Shown: positions 49,203 through 61,940 of the stretch, piece after piece | Layout of the letters: each line of letters begins with the position of its first letter | Numbering within the stretch: the first letter of the stretch is position 1 | Assembly: GCA_043228905.1 (NCBI GenBank) | Contig: JBHGNT010000004.1 | Location: 20,212,001 to 20,276,000, forward strand | Origin: Azolla caroliniana | Taxonomy: Eukaryota > Plantae > Polypodiophyta | Direction: 5' to 3' | DNA length: 64,000 bases | Notes under the pieces: generated by a model | What the model saw: only the letters and a program-made list of their open reading frames with translations | Database searches by the model: none | Told to the model about the DNA's origin: nothing | Translations under genes and position numbers: made by a program

Positions 49203-51970
49203 CCGGATGATCATTACATCGGTATTTCTAGAGAATTTGTTGTCGCCATTTGGGACAAATAAGGATAGATTATTGAGCTTTCTCGATCGTAACTGTATAA
49301 AATACTAAAGCCTTCTTTCAGCCCATCACTTTACCTAATTAAAACTATGTATGAACACCAAATTCAAAGCTGTACCAATCATAGTGAAATGAAAATGTCC
49401 TTAAACTATGCTTCCTATGTGTTGATGAATAACATATGTGTGCTCAAATAATGGTCCAACTATGTGGGAATGATGATCAATATATAAGAGGGGTACAAAA
49501 CTAAGATAAACAACCTTTGACAAACATTGCAAAGAGCATTGAGCAAAATTTTGCCTAACGTATCTAAATGAGCTACCCTTTTGATTGATCATACAAGTGA
49601 TTGGAGGCTTGTTGACCGTTTAACCTCTTTTTCAAGTCATCACCACATGAGAGGACTAGGAGATGAATTACTACAACTCATCAACAAAACATATATTACA
49701 TTGCTACGATCATGAAACTTGCTCAATTTAAGTTCATATTTTCTCCAATTTTGAAGTAAAATAAAAATTAGAAATTTTCTGGGATGCCCCATGAACTTAT
49801 TTTATGCTTTCAACTGCATAATAGGAGTTAAAGATCAATAAAACCCCCATCATTAGTTACACTTGATTTAATTGCACGATAATTGTGTATGAGAAATTGA
49901 TTCATGTGCTTTGTTTTCACCAGTGGTAAGAAGGTAATAACAAAAACATTACTCAGTTTGATTATTTGATTATTTGAAACATTTTGCTTGGCCATTTTTG
50001 CTCTAGCACTAGCAATAGGCTCGCATACAAAGTTCATGTACATTAATTGCACCCTCGATTAATTGGTTAATCAAGCAAGGCTAGAGAAATGACTGCTTGC
50101 ATTTCCTATTCACATCTATAAAGCCTGTTCAATACCACCAATGAATATGGCCTGCTTAGTAATGAGTAAACAAAGAAACAAAATTTGATCCAAGAAGTGA
50201 TTGAAGGAAAAATTTCAACCTTAGTTCCCACTTCTTCATACATTGATGATTCTGTGAAGAACAGTCTCCTGGATCCCGCTTTCAAATTCCCTGAAGTGTC
50301 AAATAACTATTTTCAGCAAGATGTATTATTATTGCATGAGATCAAAATGGCCTAAATATAGCTGCCTATATATATAGATATATACTATGGATCAATAAAC
50401 AATATAAAAAAGAACCTCAAGTGGCCTTGGCAAAATCTCTCATTTATTTATTTAATTCTGTTGCACAACTTCTACCTAATCTGAGAAAAGCTAAGAAATA
50501 CTGAAGGTACCTTGGCCACTCGGCTATTGTCCTGCCTTATTTTCTCTATATGGTCTCTACTTTGCATATTAATATGCTAGCTAGGAAATCCCTAGGTTTA
50601 ACTATCTCAAGAAGTTTTAGGTCTTCACTTAACTATCTCTAGATATACATAGATGGGTCTTTAGGACTTGGCTCCGAAGTAAACCAAACATGGAACATAT
50701 AGCTAATTATGCCATGAAACTACTGAATTTGGTGGTGATGGGCCTTCTGCAAAAGTTTTTTTTATCAATTTTCTCAGTGTTGTGATAGCTTGAAGGTGCA
50801 TTAAAAGATATGATCCATAAGGCACATGCCACATGCAATGGTAAGTTTTAAGTTGATTATATATGTAAAGATAATAAAAAAGAGAATGCCAATGATAATA
50901 ATGTGCTTGAACTAAAAAAAATACATGCAGAATGGAATTAGAGTGCCAACTACGGAGATACATAAAAAATTGATACTCTGATACATTTGCGTAGTGTTAG
51001 CTATGTATATAACTCTCTCTCTCTCTCTCTCTCTACATATAACAACTCACTATTTGGGTATGCCACTCGTTTTGAGAACTATGAAAACATCTTTCATGTT
51101 AATGACAGTTCTATGAAATCACAGCTTTCACAACAAATCCTATTAGACAACAGTTACATTGAATCAGCAAACCTCCTCTCACTTCCACTAGCTATGTATG
51201 TATTTTTCATTGGATTGATGTCACATATAGTTTCTAAGTGAATTTTTATTGATGCTACCATTGCACACTTTAGGGTTTAGAAAGAAAGCGCAGGATAGAT
51301 ATACTTGGGTTGTGTCAACATTTCAAACTATAAATCCTTGTGGTTATCTCTCTCAATGTCTCTTCCTAAATTTTCAAAGCTACCAAGACCAAGTATTATT
51401 CCTGCTATTTATAGGACTCAATATATATCACGTTATTATTGGGTTTCCTATCTAGTTTATGAAAGATAGCATGGGCATCTATGCAATCTATATTTAGCTT
51501 TCAGTTTTATACATAGTCACAAAGATAAGGACCTGATATTACAAATACAATTGCAAAACAGTGAGAATTCCAGCACAAAATGCCCATACATTAAAATATA
51601 CTATTTAAAAAAGATGTATCTAAGGTTCTCTTTGTGTGCTCATTTAGACTGGCAACAAAAACTTTTCATTAATTGTTAATATATTCCATTAATCACGACG
51701 TTTATTTATCATGATCAATGTACTCACGAGTCTTCTCAGTTTGTTAGCTTTTGCATTTAGATCTTAACAAAAGAACAAGATATAAAAATGGCAATCTATC
51801 AATATGCATTCCATAAATATCCCGAAGTTATATAGATAAGTGACTAACTCAACCACAAAATATGATATTCAACCCCCTCAGATAAACAAATTATAATAAC
51901 ATGTGAGCTAATCATGCAAAGAAAACCTAAAAAGACAAGGACAAAGAAATTCTGTAAAAGCACAATGCAC

Positions 51971-52307
51971 CTATGTATCTTTATTCTCTTTCGTGGCGGC
52001 GACGGACCTCTTCCTCCTCTCAATCTCCTCCATTTCTTTCTCGCTGGGCGTCCAGAACCAGTCCTTCAAGCCTTTGATAGATTTTCTAAGCTGAGAGAAC
52101 CAGAATACATGTGAAAATGGAGGAAGAGAAAGAAGGTGAAAAATGAAAAAGAATGAAAACAAGAGGGAAGAGAGAGAGAGAGAGATCATATACCGAGGTT
52201 TGGACGTTATCATGGGGGCCATAGTCTGCAGTGAGGGCGAGATAAGCGACGATGCCTGTGCAGATCCACGTCACCCTCCTCGTCAATCGATCCATGCGAG
52301 GATCCAT
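51971..52307 (-). CDS. Small single-transmembrane protein, 77 aa, 2 exons, function unknown
   Basis: Exons 52307-52194 and 52090-51971 (TCG|GTATAT ... CTCTCAG|CTT) give MDPRMDRLTRRVTWICTGIVAYLALTADYGPHDNVQTSLRKSIKGLKDWFWTPSEKEMEEIERRKRSVAATKENKDT. The MDP...LTADYGP pattern resembles a small plant family. A (GAA)n leader precedes it. Confidence 0.75.
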
Positions 52308-52394
52308 CTTCTCTCGCTTCTTCCTCTGTTTCTTCTTCTTCTTCTTCTTCTTCTTCTTCTTCTACAGACAATGTGTATATTTATGTATGTGTAT

Positions 52395-52575
52395 GTATAT
52401 TTGTATTTTGTATTTGTGTATTTGTATTTTGTATTTGTGTATTTGTATTTGTATATTTGTATTTGTATATTTGTATTTGTATTTGTATTTGTATTTGTAT
52501 TTGTATTTGTATTTGCATTTGTATTTGCATTTGCATTTGCATTTGTATTGTATTGTATTGTATTTGTATTTTGTA
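52395..52575. repeat. (TATTTG)n/(CATTTG)n hexamer microsatellite
   Basis: Directly visible, immediately upstream of the small gene. Confidence 0.95.
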
Positions 52576-53626
52576 TGCATAAACATGTAAATTGTAATTA
52601 ACGAGCCACAATGCTTAGACGATAAACATATCTTGCAATGCCTTGGCGGAGATTTTTTGTGTTTTCCTTCCTACGAGTAATGTTCTGGGACAAACAACCT
52701 TGGACAAAAATGGTTGCTTTCTCTTATGTGTAAAGGTGAGGGAACATATCTGGATGTTGAAAGGTAGGTTGCTTTGGCAATTCTCATTGTTATGTTGGGA
52801 ACTTCGGAATTGTTAATGCTTGAGGAGGCTCAAATTTGCGTTTAGGTAAGACATCATGTTCACTGATTGTGTTGCCCGTTACATAATAATGTTATGTAGG
52901 TCTCTAGGGCATTTCTTTTGTCTTCGGTAAGCTATAGAAGCTTGTTGTGGTTACAACTTAATACAACACTATTTATGAAAAGAAGTTTGAGAAGGAGTAA
53001 TTCTCTCTCTCTTGTTAATTTTCGCTAATAGATTACAAAAAAAATTCATCAACTTGTGGTACTTTGAGAACAATGGGTGAACGTTATGGGGTCACTGGAA
53101 ATAATTGGTCGTATAGAAAACCCCATCAGAAACCCTTCTATTGCATATGTAGTGTTTCTCAATCTCTAAGATGATAGGAATTGAATAATGGTTAGGAAAT
53201 AAGATAATATTTTGATAGGAAACTAATAAACAAAATGTGTTCCTTATCCATGTCTTTATAATCTCCCTTCCCTAGAGAGTGTGAGCCATTTCATATGTGG
53301 GATGTTGGTCCTTTACTGTTCAACCTATACAATACCTGTAACCTAGTGTATAAGTTGACGAATAAACAATTTCATGGCTTATTGGGAGTAAACACTAACT
53401 TAGCCCCATCTAATGCCTCCCTTAGCATGAGTATTTCGATCTCACACGTGGAATTGACGAAAGATGATTTATCTAGTTAAACATTGTTTAGAGTTTTGGG
53501 GTTTCTACCCACACATACCTCTTCACTAATAGAGTCTTCCATAATGCCAACAACATGGTTAGGTGTAAGTGCCAATCCATCCCTGAGCTTACTGGCACTT
53601 ATGCTAATCACTTATGTGAACTTTGT

Positions 53627-53935
53627 CACTATATGATCACTAATAATCAAGATACACATAATTTACTTAAACAACTAAATCCACATGTTTAAACAAAGCC
53701 ACACGACTAGACAACACATATAATCCAAGCCACTATATGCTCACTAATAATCAAGATACACATAATTTACTCAAACAACTTAATCCACATGTTTAAACAA
53801 AGCTAAATGACTAGACAACACATAATCCAAGCCACTATATGCTCACTAATAATCAAGATACACATAATTTACTTAAAAAACTTAATCCACATGTTTAAAC
53901 AAAGCTAAACGACTACAAATGCATATAAGCCACTA
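53627..53935. repeat. 3 x ~103-bp tandem repeat
   Basis: CACTATATG.TCACTAATAATCAAGATACACATAATTTACT occurs three times. Confidence 0.9.
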
Positions 53936-55883
53936 CAAATACATGTGAATGTCAAATCTCAGTGTACTATGTACACATCACTATTTGGTAGATTTGTGGT
54001 AAATGAACATTACTCATTGTATAATGAAGTCGATTAGAACATAGAATTGCATTTAAAAAATGCATTGCTAGTGATCTCTAACATATCACTATATGAATTG
54101 CTTTTGACTCTGTATGTGTTATGGATTTCTTTTGCTTTTTATATATCGATGATGCAAAACAAATTTGTGAGTTTCGCAAGAGCTAAAAATGCATGTGGTT
54201 AGCCCACCATTGGAAGATGAACGGATAAGAGTCCATCTAAAGTCATAACAAACTCCAACCCAAGCATGGGTATAGATAGCAATGAAATCAATATCCTAAC
54301 TTCAATAGCCAAGGGTAACTAAGTTAGCGCACACCCTCTTATTTATAATACGATGTTGTATCTCCGTTTTTCTCCCATCATGCAAGCTATTTGGTTCCTT
54401 GTGTTTTCCCTTGTTCTTTGATCACACTTTAATCAAGCACTTTAATATCTACAAACAATTACGTTCATCCACCACATCAAAGTTTTTTGGCATCGAACCA
54501 ACCCAACACCTCATTCCCAAAAATCACTTAATAATTGCCCCACAACCTTCTTAGATTGAATCGGGAAACACATTCACCCATGGGAAACCTAGAGATTAGC
54601 CATTGAACTTGGTCTGGCTTTGATATGAGCTAAATTGTTAGGTTGCAGCTTACCAGCTTGTTAATTTCAAAATGTTGGCTCAGGCCAATTTAAGTTTCAT
54701 TTGGCTCAAAGCTTTACTCTTTAATTTTGTCTAGCTATAGATGATAAAGGCATGACTGTTTTACATGGTTCACCTTGCAGCCTTTTAGTTCTTGGACATT
54801 GGGAGTCTATTTTTACTTCAATGATCTCCAAATTTCTAAATGTTTGTGATAGATGATAAGATTTGTATTTTTCACTTCAAGAAATTTGATCAACATTGTT
54901 TTCTTGTGTAGGCTATTTACATCTACACAGGCTTAGCATTTACATCCATATCATTTACAGTTACACAAGCTTCATGCACTTTAATGTGCATTACTTAAGT
55001 TTTAATGGCCTGGGGTATGGTTTCATGTCTTAAAGAATTCGGTATTCTGTTACTTTAGTTTAGGTTCTATTTCTATTAATTGGATTGGCACCAATTCTCA
55101 CGTAGTGTAAACGTGGCTTGAACAGATTCAGTTTGAACAGTTTGGCTTCAGTAACATTTAAATTAAGACATGAAAGTCATTGAAAGCATAATTTGTTTCA
55201 TTTAAAGTTCAAGTAATGCTAAATGGTTTGGTGTGATTCAGCCCGAGTCAACCCTGAAACCAAACTGGGCACTTAATTCTGTACCTAATAGATTTGCAAA
55301 AGAGCACTTAATCCTCTACCTAATAGATTTGACTACTATACAGATGTGCCAGTTTCGCATGATGATTGACTTCAATAATGAGCAAACAAAGTGCATATCT
55401 TGTATGAATAATTTCCAAAAAGCCTTGCATGACTCATAACCAAATACAGGGGAGGGGCTTTCTAGAGGCATAACAACCACCAAATTCCATTCATGAAGAC
55501 AAAGTTGTAAAAACAAATGAAAATTGACCATCCAAAGTGTTTGCTTTGATTCCCACTTTTAACCTTGGAGGCTGGAAAATATGCCAGGTGAGTCCATGGG
55601 TCAGATCTACCTTATATTGGTACTCGAATAATCAAAGAGGAAAAAATAATTAGTCAGAATGCTTGCTTCTGTGAACTTCGTTATTTACCAGTCAATGTTC
55701 TAAGCTAAAAAGAATCATAACCAAAGGAATAATCAGTTCAATTTCTGTATAGTCAGACTCATATACAATAGAAATAGCTGAATCAAGAGCTGACTTTTTA
55801 GTCTTGTGCTTATTGAATGATGAATATTTGAGAGGCAAACAATAATAAACTAATACTGGCATTTACAACAATGCGGCTCACAC

Positions 55884-58800
55884 TCACTGAGAGAGATGAT
55901 GCCGAAACAAATTACTGGGAGATTCGACAAGAATTATATTCTCCTCATCAGCCTCAGATTCATCGCTTGTATTACCAGATTTGTTTTTCCTCTTTCTTTG
56001 TCGTGGCTCGCTAGCTGCTCCATTCAGAATATCACTCTTCTTGCCCTTTTCAACAGGCAAAGCACTGGAAGACATATGCCTTCTCATGTAACTTAAAACA
56101 GTTACGTCAGGAATGCTCGGTTGGGAGGCGATCTTACTAGAACTACCAACCTGAATACAAATAGATGACAAAATATTATGGGCACTGCATAATGTGATCT
56201 TATTTGCAAATTTCTTGATGAATGAAGATGGTCAGACCAGGCTTACTTACAGGGGCAGACAAACATGCATGAGTACATACATAGATACATGCAAAAATAT
56301 TTTCTTAGCTGATAGAGAAACAAAATTCTTTTATTTCAAGCATGTATTACCCTGCGTCCTATGTATGTGGATGGCGTTGGAACCAATGAATTTGCAGACA
56401 TTCTCATAGAAGAGTTTCCTATCTGTAAATCTGAAGGTTGCCGAATGTCTGGCCAGCGTAATAGGCCATCATGCTCAGTGCCAGATCGAGGAACGAGTGT
56501 CAATGAAGTGGAAGACATGACTGAAGTTGAGGCTCTACGAAGTTGTGGGTGGAGTGCTGACATATCAAATAGTATTACACGAGATCGAGTTTCAACCTGG
56601 TATGCGGGTTGCTCATTGAATTTCCCTGCGAGATAAAAATGATGTTAGAAAATCTAAACACAATAACATTGAAAAACCCAATAGTGCATATAACTTTTAT
56701 AAATGAGACAAAGTTTTATTATTTTACTTCAGTTGTAGGATTCCCTTAAGAAAAACCCATAATGCATAAAAACCACATAGGAAAAGCAGACATCAAAAGG
56801 AAACCAACCTCGAAAGGATTCTCCATTGTTTGATCTAAGAACATACGGAGCTACGAGGATCTCATCTCTGCCTTCTTGCTTAAGATATCCTTCCAAAAGG
56901 AGACCAACTTGAGCTGGAAGGATATCTATGACTTCGCCCTGCAGATAGATCCTCATGATAGACCTGTCCATGGAAAGTGCTCGTAACTCTTGCATTGGGA
57001 TTTCCTCAAACACTTCAGAGAGGAGTATTTTTGCTAGACCGAGTGAACTCTCCTGAAAAAGACATATTAAACGAGGCCATGATCATGACCACTAAATAAT
57101 AGTAGCTCGGTGATATCAAAATTTGGATTGCAGCATATATTAGCAGTTACCATCCAAAAGAATTCTTCGACCTCAGGTCTTGTGCGTAATGCTGATAGAA
57201 CATGAAATGCTTCAATAAAAAAGCAATGCACCAAGGAATCTGCCGTCAGGTCACATAAGTAAGGCTTGCCAGTCAAAACTTCATAGAGACCTAATGTACT
57301 TCCATGTGAAAATGTTGGATGCAACATACGTTTTCCTGCTGACGAGTTGTTACTCCACTGTAGGCAAAAAAGGGGATTACTAGAGAGCATTGCTTTCAAT
57401 TGTCATATAAAACGTTGTGGAATCATAGATTCAAACATAGAATTAATTAAATTTAACAGTTGCACATACTTTTACAACTCCATTTGCAATTAAATACACC
57501 CCATCTGCTCTGCTGTTCTCTCTGTATATGGGACTACCACGAAGCCTCATACTTTCTTTAGCTGATGCTTTTAGTGACTCCCGAACCTCTGCCGGTTGTG
57601 AGGCCAGAAAAGGTTGACTTCTTAAGATTTCTGTGGTTGTTGGCATCTTTACTAAAGGAGGATTGCGTAAAAGCCTCTTCATGTCTGCCTGATATGTAAA
57701 TAAAAAAAGATTTTGTCAACATACAGAATCCTGGAGCACAAAAATCCAATGACTTGATCTTCTCTTCAGCTAGCACAATTGCTTGCGTGTGTGTGACAAT
57801 CTGCAACCGAAAATTATACACGTAAATTCTTCCACACCCCTATTCCATCCTTGTATCTGCCAACATTTGCTTTTTTCATTTCTAGCAAAAGGAGGTATAT
57901 ATAACTGTATCAAAGAACCACTAAACCTGTCAGATGGTCTAATTCTGATAATTCCAACCAATTAACAAGGTGAATATCTGAAATTTTGGCATTTGGTTTG
58001 TGGATGAACTTAGAGTATAGTCAATCTATTCTATGACTGAGCTGTACTTTGGCTAAGACTTGTTTAAGTTGGACATAATATATCGGGACATCATTATGAT
58101 GAAGACTATTGGACTTGTGGAGATGTGCAATTTGCCATAAGCGGGTATTGGTTGTTCATTTGATGAATGTGCGGAACAAAGTACTAAGGGTTTGCCATTG
58201 CCTAATCTATTGTCAATTGTGCAGTTCTTGATTGATTTGCAGCATGAGATGAGTCGAATAATGAAACAAGTAGAAATATTAACCTGTACATGATCATGAA
58301 GTTGGTTCGTTTCTTTAGTTTCAAGTAAACCCACTCTCTCAAGCCCTCGAACATATTCACTGAGATGGTTTAAAATAGCATTAGTCACTTGCTTGGTTTT
58401 GACTGCTCGAAGAACCTAAAACATACATCTTGTGAGGTCATATAACACTGACAATATGGATGAAATTCATAAAAAATTGTTCACCTCAGGAAAAGTGAGT
58501 CGAACATCTTCGAGAAATGTCTTTGCTGCAGATTCTTCTGATTCACTCTCCCTGATAACTGTGTCGGCAATAAGACTTTCACCTAATATGATGAAAACAT
58601 GGATTTGAACAAAGCCAATTATCAATAATTGACCATGTTTTGCATGACATGGCAAAATCATGTAGATCGTACCATCTAAACAAATATAAATACACAGTGA
58701 TTTCTTTCCTATTCAAATACTCAGTTACAAGAACCTATTTAATATAAATATGAAAAAAGTACTAAATTCCTAGAAGGTTCATTATTTTGCTCTTCAGTCA

Positions 58801-60309
58801 ATTTTGAGGCTCTATTACTTGGTAGAAATCATTCCAGAAATTTGATTCCAAATGTTCATGAAACATGGAAGAAATTACCTTCCATCCATGCCCTGTAATG
58901 TACTGTACATGGGTGACATTCAGAATGTTTTTTTTGTAATGAGGGTTTTTCCTCATTGAAATGCCTGATAGATCGATAATTGGAATCAATGCCTTTAATA
59001 AAGATTCTTCTTCATTAGCTGCCCTTAATTCCGCTTATAACATGATCCAGTATTTGGGCACCACAAGCAATTCAAGTTCCCAGGTTATACTCAAATTCAA
59101 TTCTTACAGTATTTTCATATTTCAATTTTTTTTTTCTTCCACAAAGTCCTTAAATTCCCATAAATTCCAGAATCTGATCAAAATAATTTACTTCATACTA
59201 TAAGACCTAATGATAAAAAAAAACTTTCATCGACCCAATCCTTCTCTAAAATAACTTTCTTTCAGAAAGAAAGAACTCATTGTAGCTTTGACAAAATAAA
59301 TAGAAACTTACCAATGAATTCTTGAAGTTGGCGTCTAGCAATTCGATGAGCTCGCAAAAATGCAGCAGAAATATAGCATCCAAGCTCCAAGCGTTCAACT
59401 ACTAGAAGATTAACCATCTTCTTTGGGAGAACCTTTGAATTTCGCAGCCACAGATGTTTGAGATAACGAGGAAATCGTACATGGGGATCTAATCCTTTCC
59501 AATCATCAAGACCTTCATTCTTCATGACAACATCAAGTGCTTCATCAACTGATTGCATGAGAATCAATGCAGACGTTTGAGTTATCCTTCCTTCTTCAAG
59601 CATTGTCCAATATGCGGCTTGTACACCTAATCCAAATATCCATGCGTTAAGTCAAAATATAATATTAAACCTCTCAGGGTACACAAAATAACTGTAAGGA
59701 ACCTTTAGACATAACAGTTTAACTAATCCATAAGTGAAAAATCTACCATTTAAAAGCCTCAAACGAATATCCTGGAGTTGATTTCCATGAATCTCCATCA
59801 TAGAGTTTTCAGTGGCATGTGGGTGGCTCGGGGGCCCTGTGGTAGTCAGGCAGCTTATGTACTTGGTAACAACTGGCCACTCAGCAGGACCTAGTTCTTC
59901 ATCTTCACCAAGATCTTCAAATGCTTTCAATGCTTTTAGATTCATTTCATATTTTGTGTATTCCAATATACGTGACTGGTGAATACATACAAAAAATCGC
60001 ATAGATTATTATTATTTATGAAAAGCTCTACAAAATAAGAAGTGACCACGTTTTATACAATCCATTTCCAGTCCCATTTCATGCATGACTATGGCATGCC
60101 CAGGCATATGTTTGATTAGCACCCCTTAACACTGACATATATTCCCCAAAAACATCCACAAGAAAATAACTGAAAATAAAAAATTAGACATGATCATTTA
60201 CCTTGACTTCTGATGTTGCCTGCATCCTCAGCAACTGCAGCAAAAATTGGGCTGTAGATCCATTGATTGTTAATGTTAAGAATACCACTCCACCTGTCAA
60301 GAAGACGAA
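55884..60309 (-). CDS. SOS1: Plasma-membrane Na+/H+ antiporter SOS1/NHX7, 3' ten exons (upstream exons not identified, probably beyond the window)
   Basis: Exons 60309-60202, 59975-59747, 59626-59312, 58582-58485, 58415-58284, 57688-57470, 57357-57151, 57052-56809, 56625-56351 and 56150-55884, all GT-AG. Peptides FVFLTGGVVFLTLTINGSTAQ, LGEDEELGPAEW, GVQAAYWTMLEEGRITQ, AAFLRAH, the CNB-like HPTFSHGSTLGLYEVL, EHDGLLRWP and a terminal ESPS. Confidence 0.95.
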
Positions 60310-60704
60310 CTAGATACAATAAAATGCAATTATCAGTCACTGATTACTTTGTGTGTTTGAAATCTAGCTTTTCAACATTTTTATTATCAGTAATTGTGAT
60401 GATACGTACATATATAGCTTATAAATTCAGGTAGGAATGCCCACAGGTTTTTGTTCAAAATAACACAAATTTGCAAGCTTATCACCTATCTTCTTACTCT
60501 TGCTAAGCTCAATGCACTTCAACTCAGAATGCTTTCCCTTCCCATGAAAGCCATGATTCCATGCACTTAAATATTGCTCTAATTGTCATGTGATAATGTA
60601 ATAAACTCTACAAAAAACTAAAAGGATTGATCGAGTTGCCGGAAGGTAAGAAGGCAGTCCGGAACAAGTGGGTCTACAAACTGAAGACGGGAGAAGGTGA
60701 GAAT

Positions 60705-60877
60705 TGTCGAGAATGATTAAAAAGTTATAACAGCTAGCCCAATGGCTAGTCAGCCCCGCCTTTATAAAGAGGAACTTTCTCCTCATGTAAATATGAGCGA
60801 TCTCTGTATTTTCTCCCTCCTGTTGTGACATACCAATGTATATTATTGAATAAATGTGCTTTCTCATTTTTCTATTG
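60705..60877 (+). mobile_element. ~173-bp insertion (short solo-LTR-like) splitting the copia RT
   Basis: Separates KTGEGEN from PPRYKAR. Flanked by GAAT/GAAT. Starts with TG and contains TATAAA and AATAAA, but the end is not a clean CA. Confidence 0.55.
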
Positions 60878-61106
60878 GAATCCACCCAGGTACAAAGCCC
60901 GCATTGTGGTGAAGGGTTTCCAGTAGAAGAAAGGTGTGGATTTCCACGAAATATTTGCCCCGGTAGTGAAAATGACATACATACGGATGGTGTTGAGCAT
61001 TGCAGCCAGCATGGACTTGGAAGTCAAACAGCTGGAAGTAAAAACAGCTTTCCTGCATGTAGATCTAGAAGAAGCAATCTACATGCGACAGCTGGAAGGA
61101 TTTGTA

Positions 61107-61405
61107 GAAAGAAAGAAAGAAAGAAAGAAAGATATATTAACATCTTTTAAGAGGCCAAAATGGCCTATAAGACCAAATAAAAGATTACATCTTAAGTGTT
61201 GTCTAGTCTTTGAGAACAAATCAAAATAAAATAAATATTACACAGTAAATATAAAAGTAAATAACATGAAAAGAAAAGGAATAAGGGAATCTGGTTTTTG
61301 GCACATATGAGATCCTCAAGTTAGGTATATTGTAGCTTTTGTCTTCATAAGATCTCTAGCATAGGTCGATCCAGAATGGAAATGTCTCCGAAGCGAGGGA
61401 AGCAC
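61107..61405 (-). mobile_element. ~300-bp insertion with a (TTTC)n tail, probably a non-LTR retroposon 3' end, in the copia RT
   Basis: Separates LEGFVE from EKGKENLVC. (GAAA)n at one edge and a short TAGA direct repeat at the flanks. Confidence 0.5.
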
Positions 61406-61513
61406 CTAGAGAAAGGTAAAGAAAACCTGGTATGCTGACTAAGGAAGAGCTTGTATGGGCTGAAACAAGTGCCCCGGCAATGGAACCGAAAATTCGAATC
61501 CTTCATGGTAGAT

Positions 61514-61940
61514 TGTTGAGAATCAAGCTCAACTTGTGTGAACATGTGCTTATGAAGAAAAGGACGATGTGTGAAAAAGTGTGAGCACACTTTATTGTAA
61601 TCTGTGAAGTTGGCAAGTGTTAATGTGGTCAAAGAATATTAGATATTCTTATGACAACATTATACTCAAGTGGATATCTTGGTTAGATTCCACCAACACA
61701 TTTAATATGGCAATCCCTTGAGGACTTGTATATAAAACCCCCTTCGCCCATTCTGTTTTGTTGATGATCTTTAGTTAATTCATATAGCTCTCTTCATTGC
61801 ATAAGTTGTCATCCCCCTACTGTGTGTTTTCTTATTTTCTAGTTATTCTCTCTAATTCCTTCTCTTGCTTATACACTCACTCTCTCACACATACACTACG
61901 CTTCTGAATACTCAACTCTACTAGAGTTAGATTCTTTACA
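61514..61940 (+). mobile_element. Solo LTR (427 bp) inserted in the copia RT
   Basis: TGTTGAG...CTTTACA separates KFESFMVD from HGFNK. Internal TATATAAA. The flanks TAGAT/AAGGT may be a degraded TSD. Confidence 0.75.
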
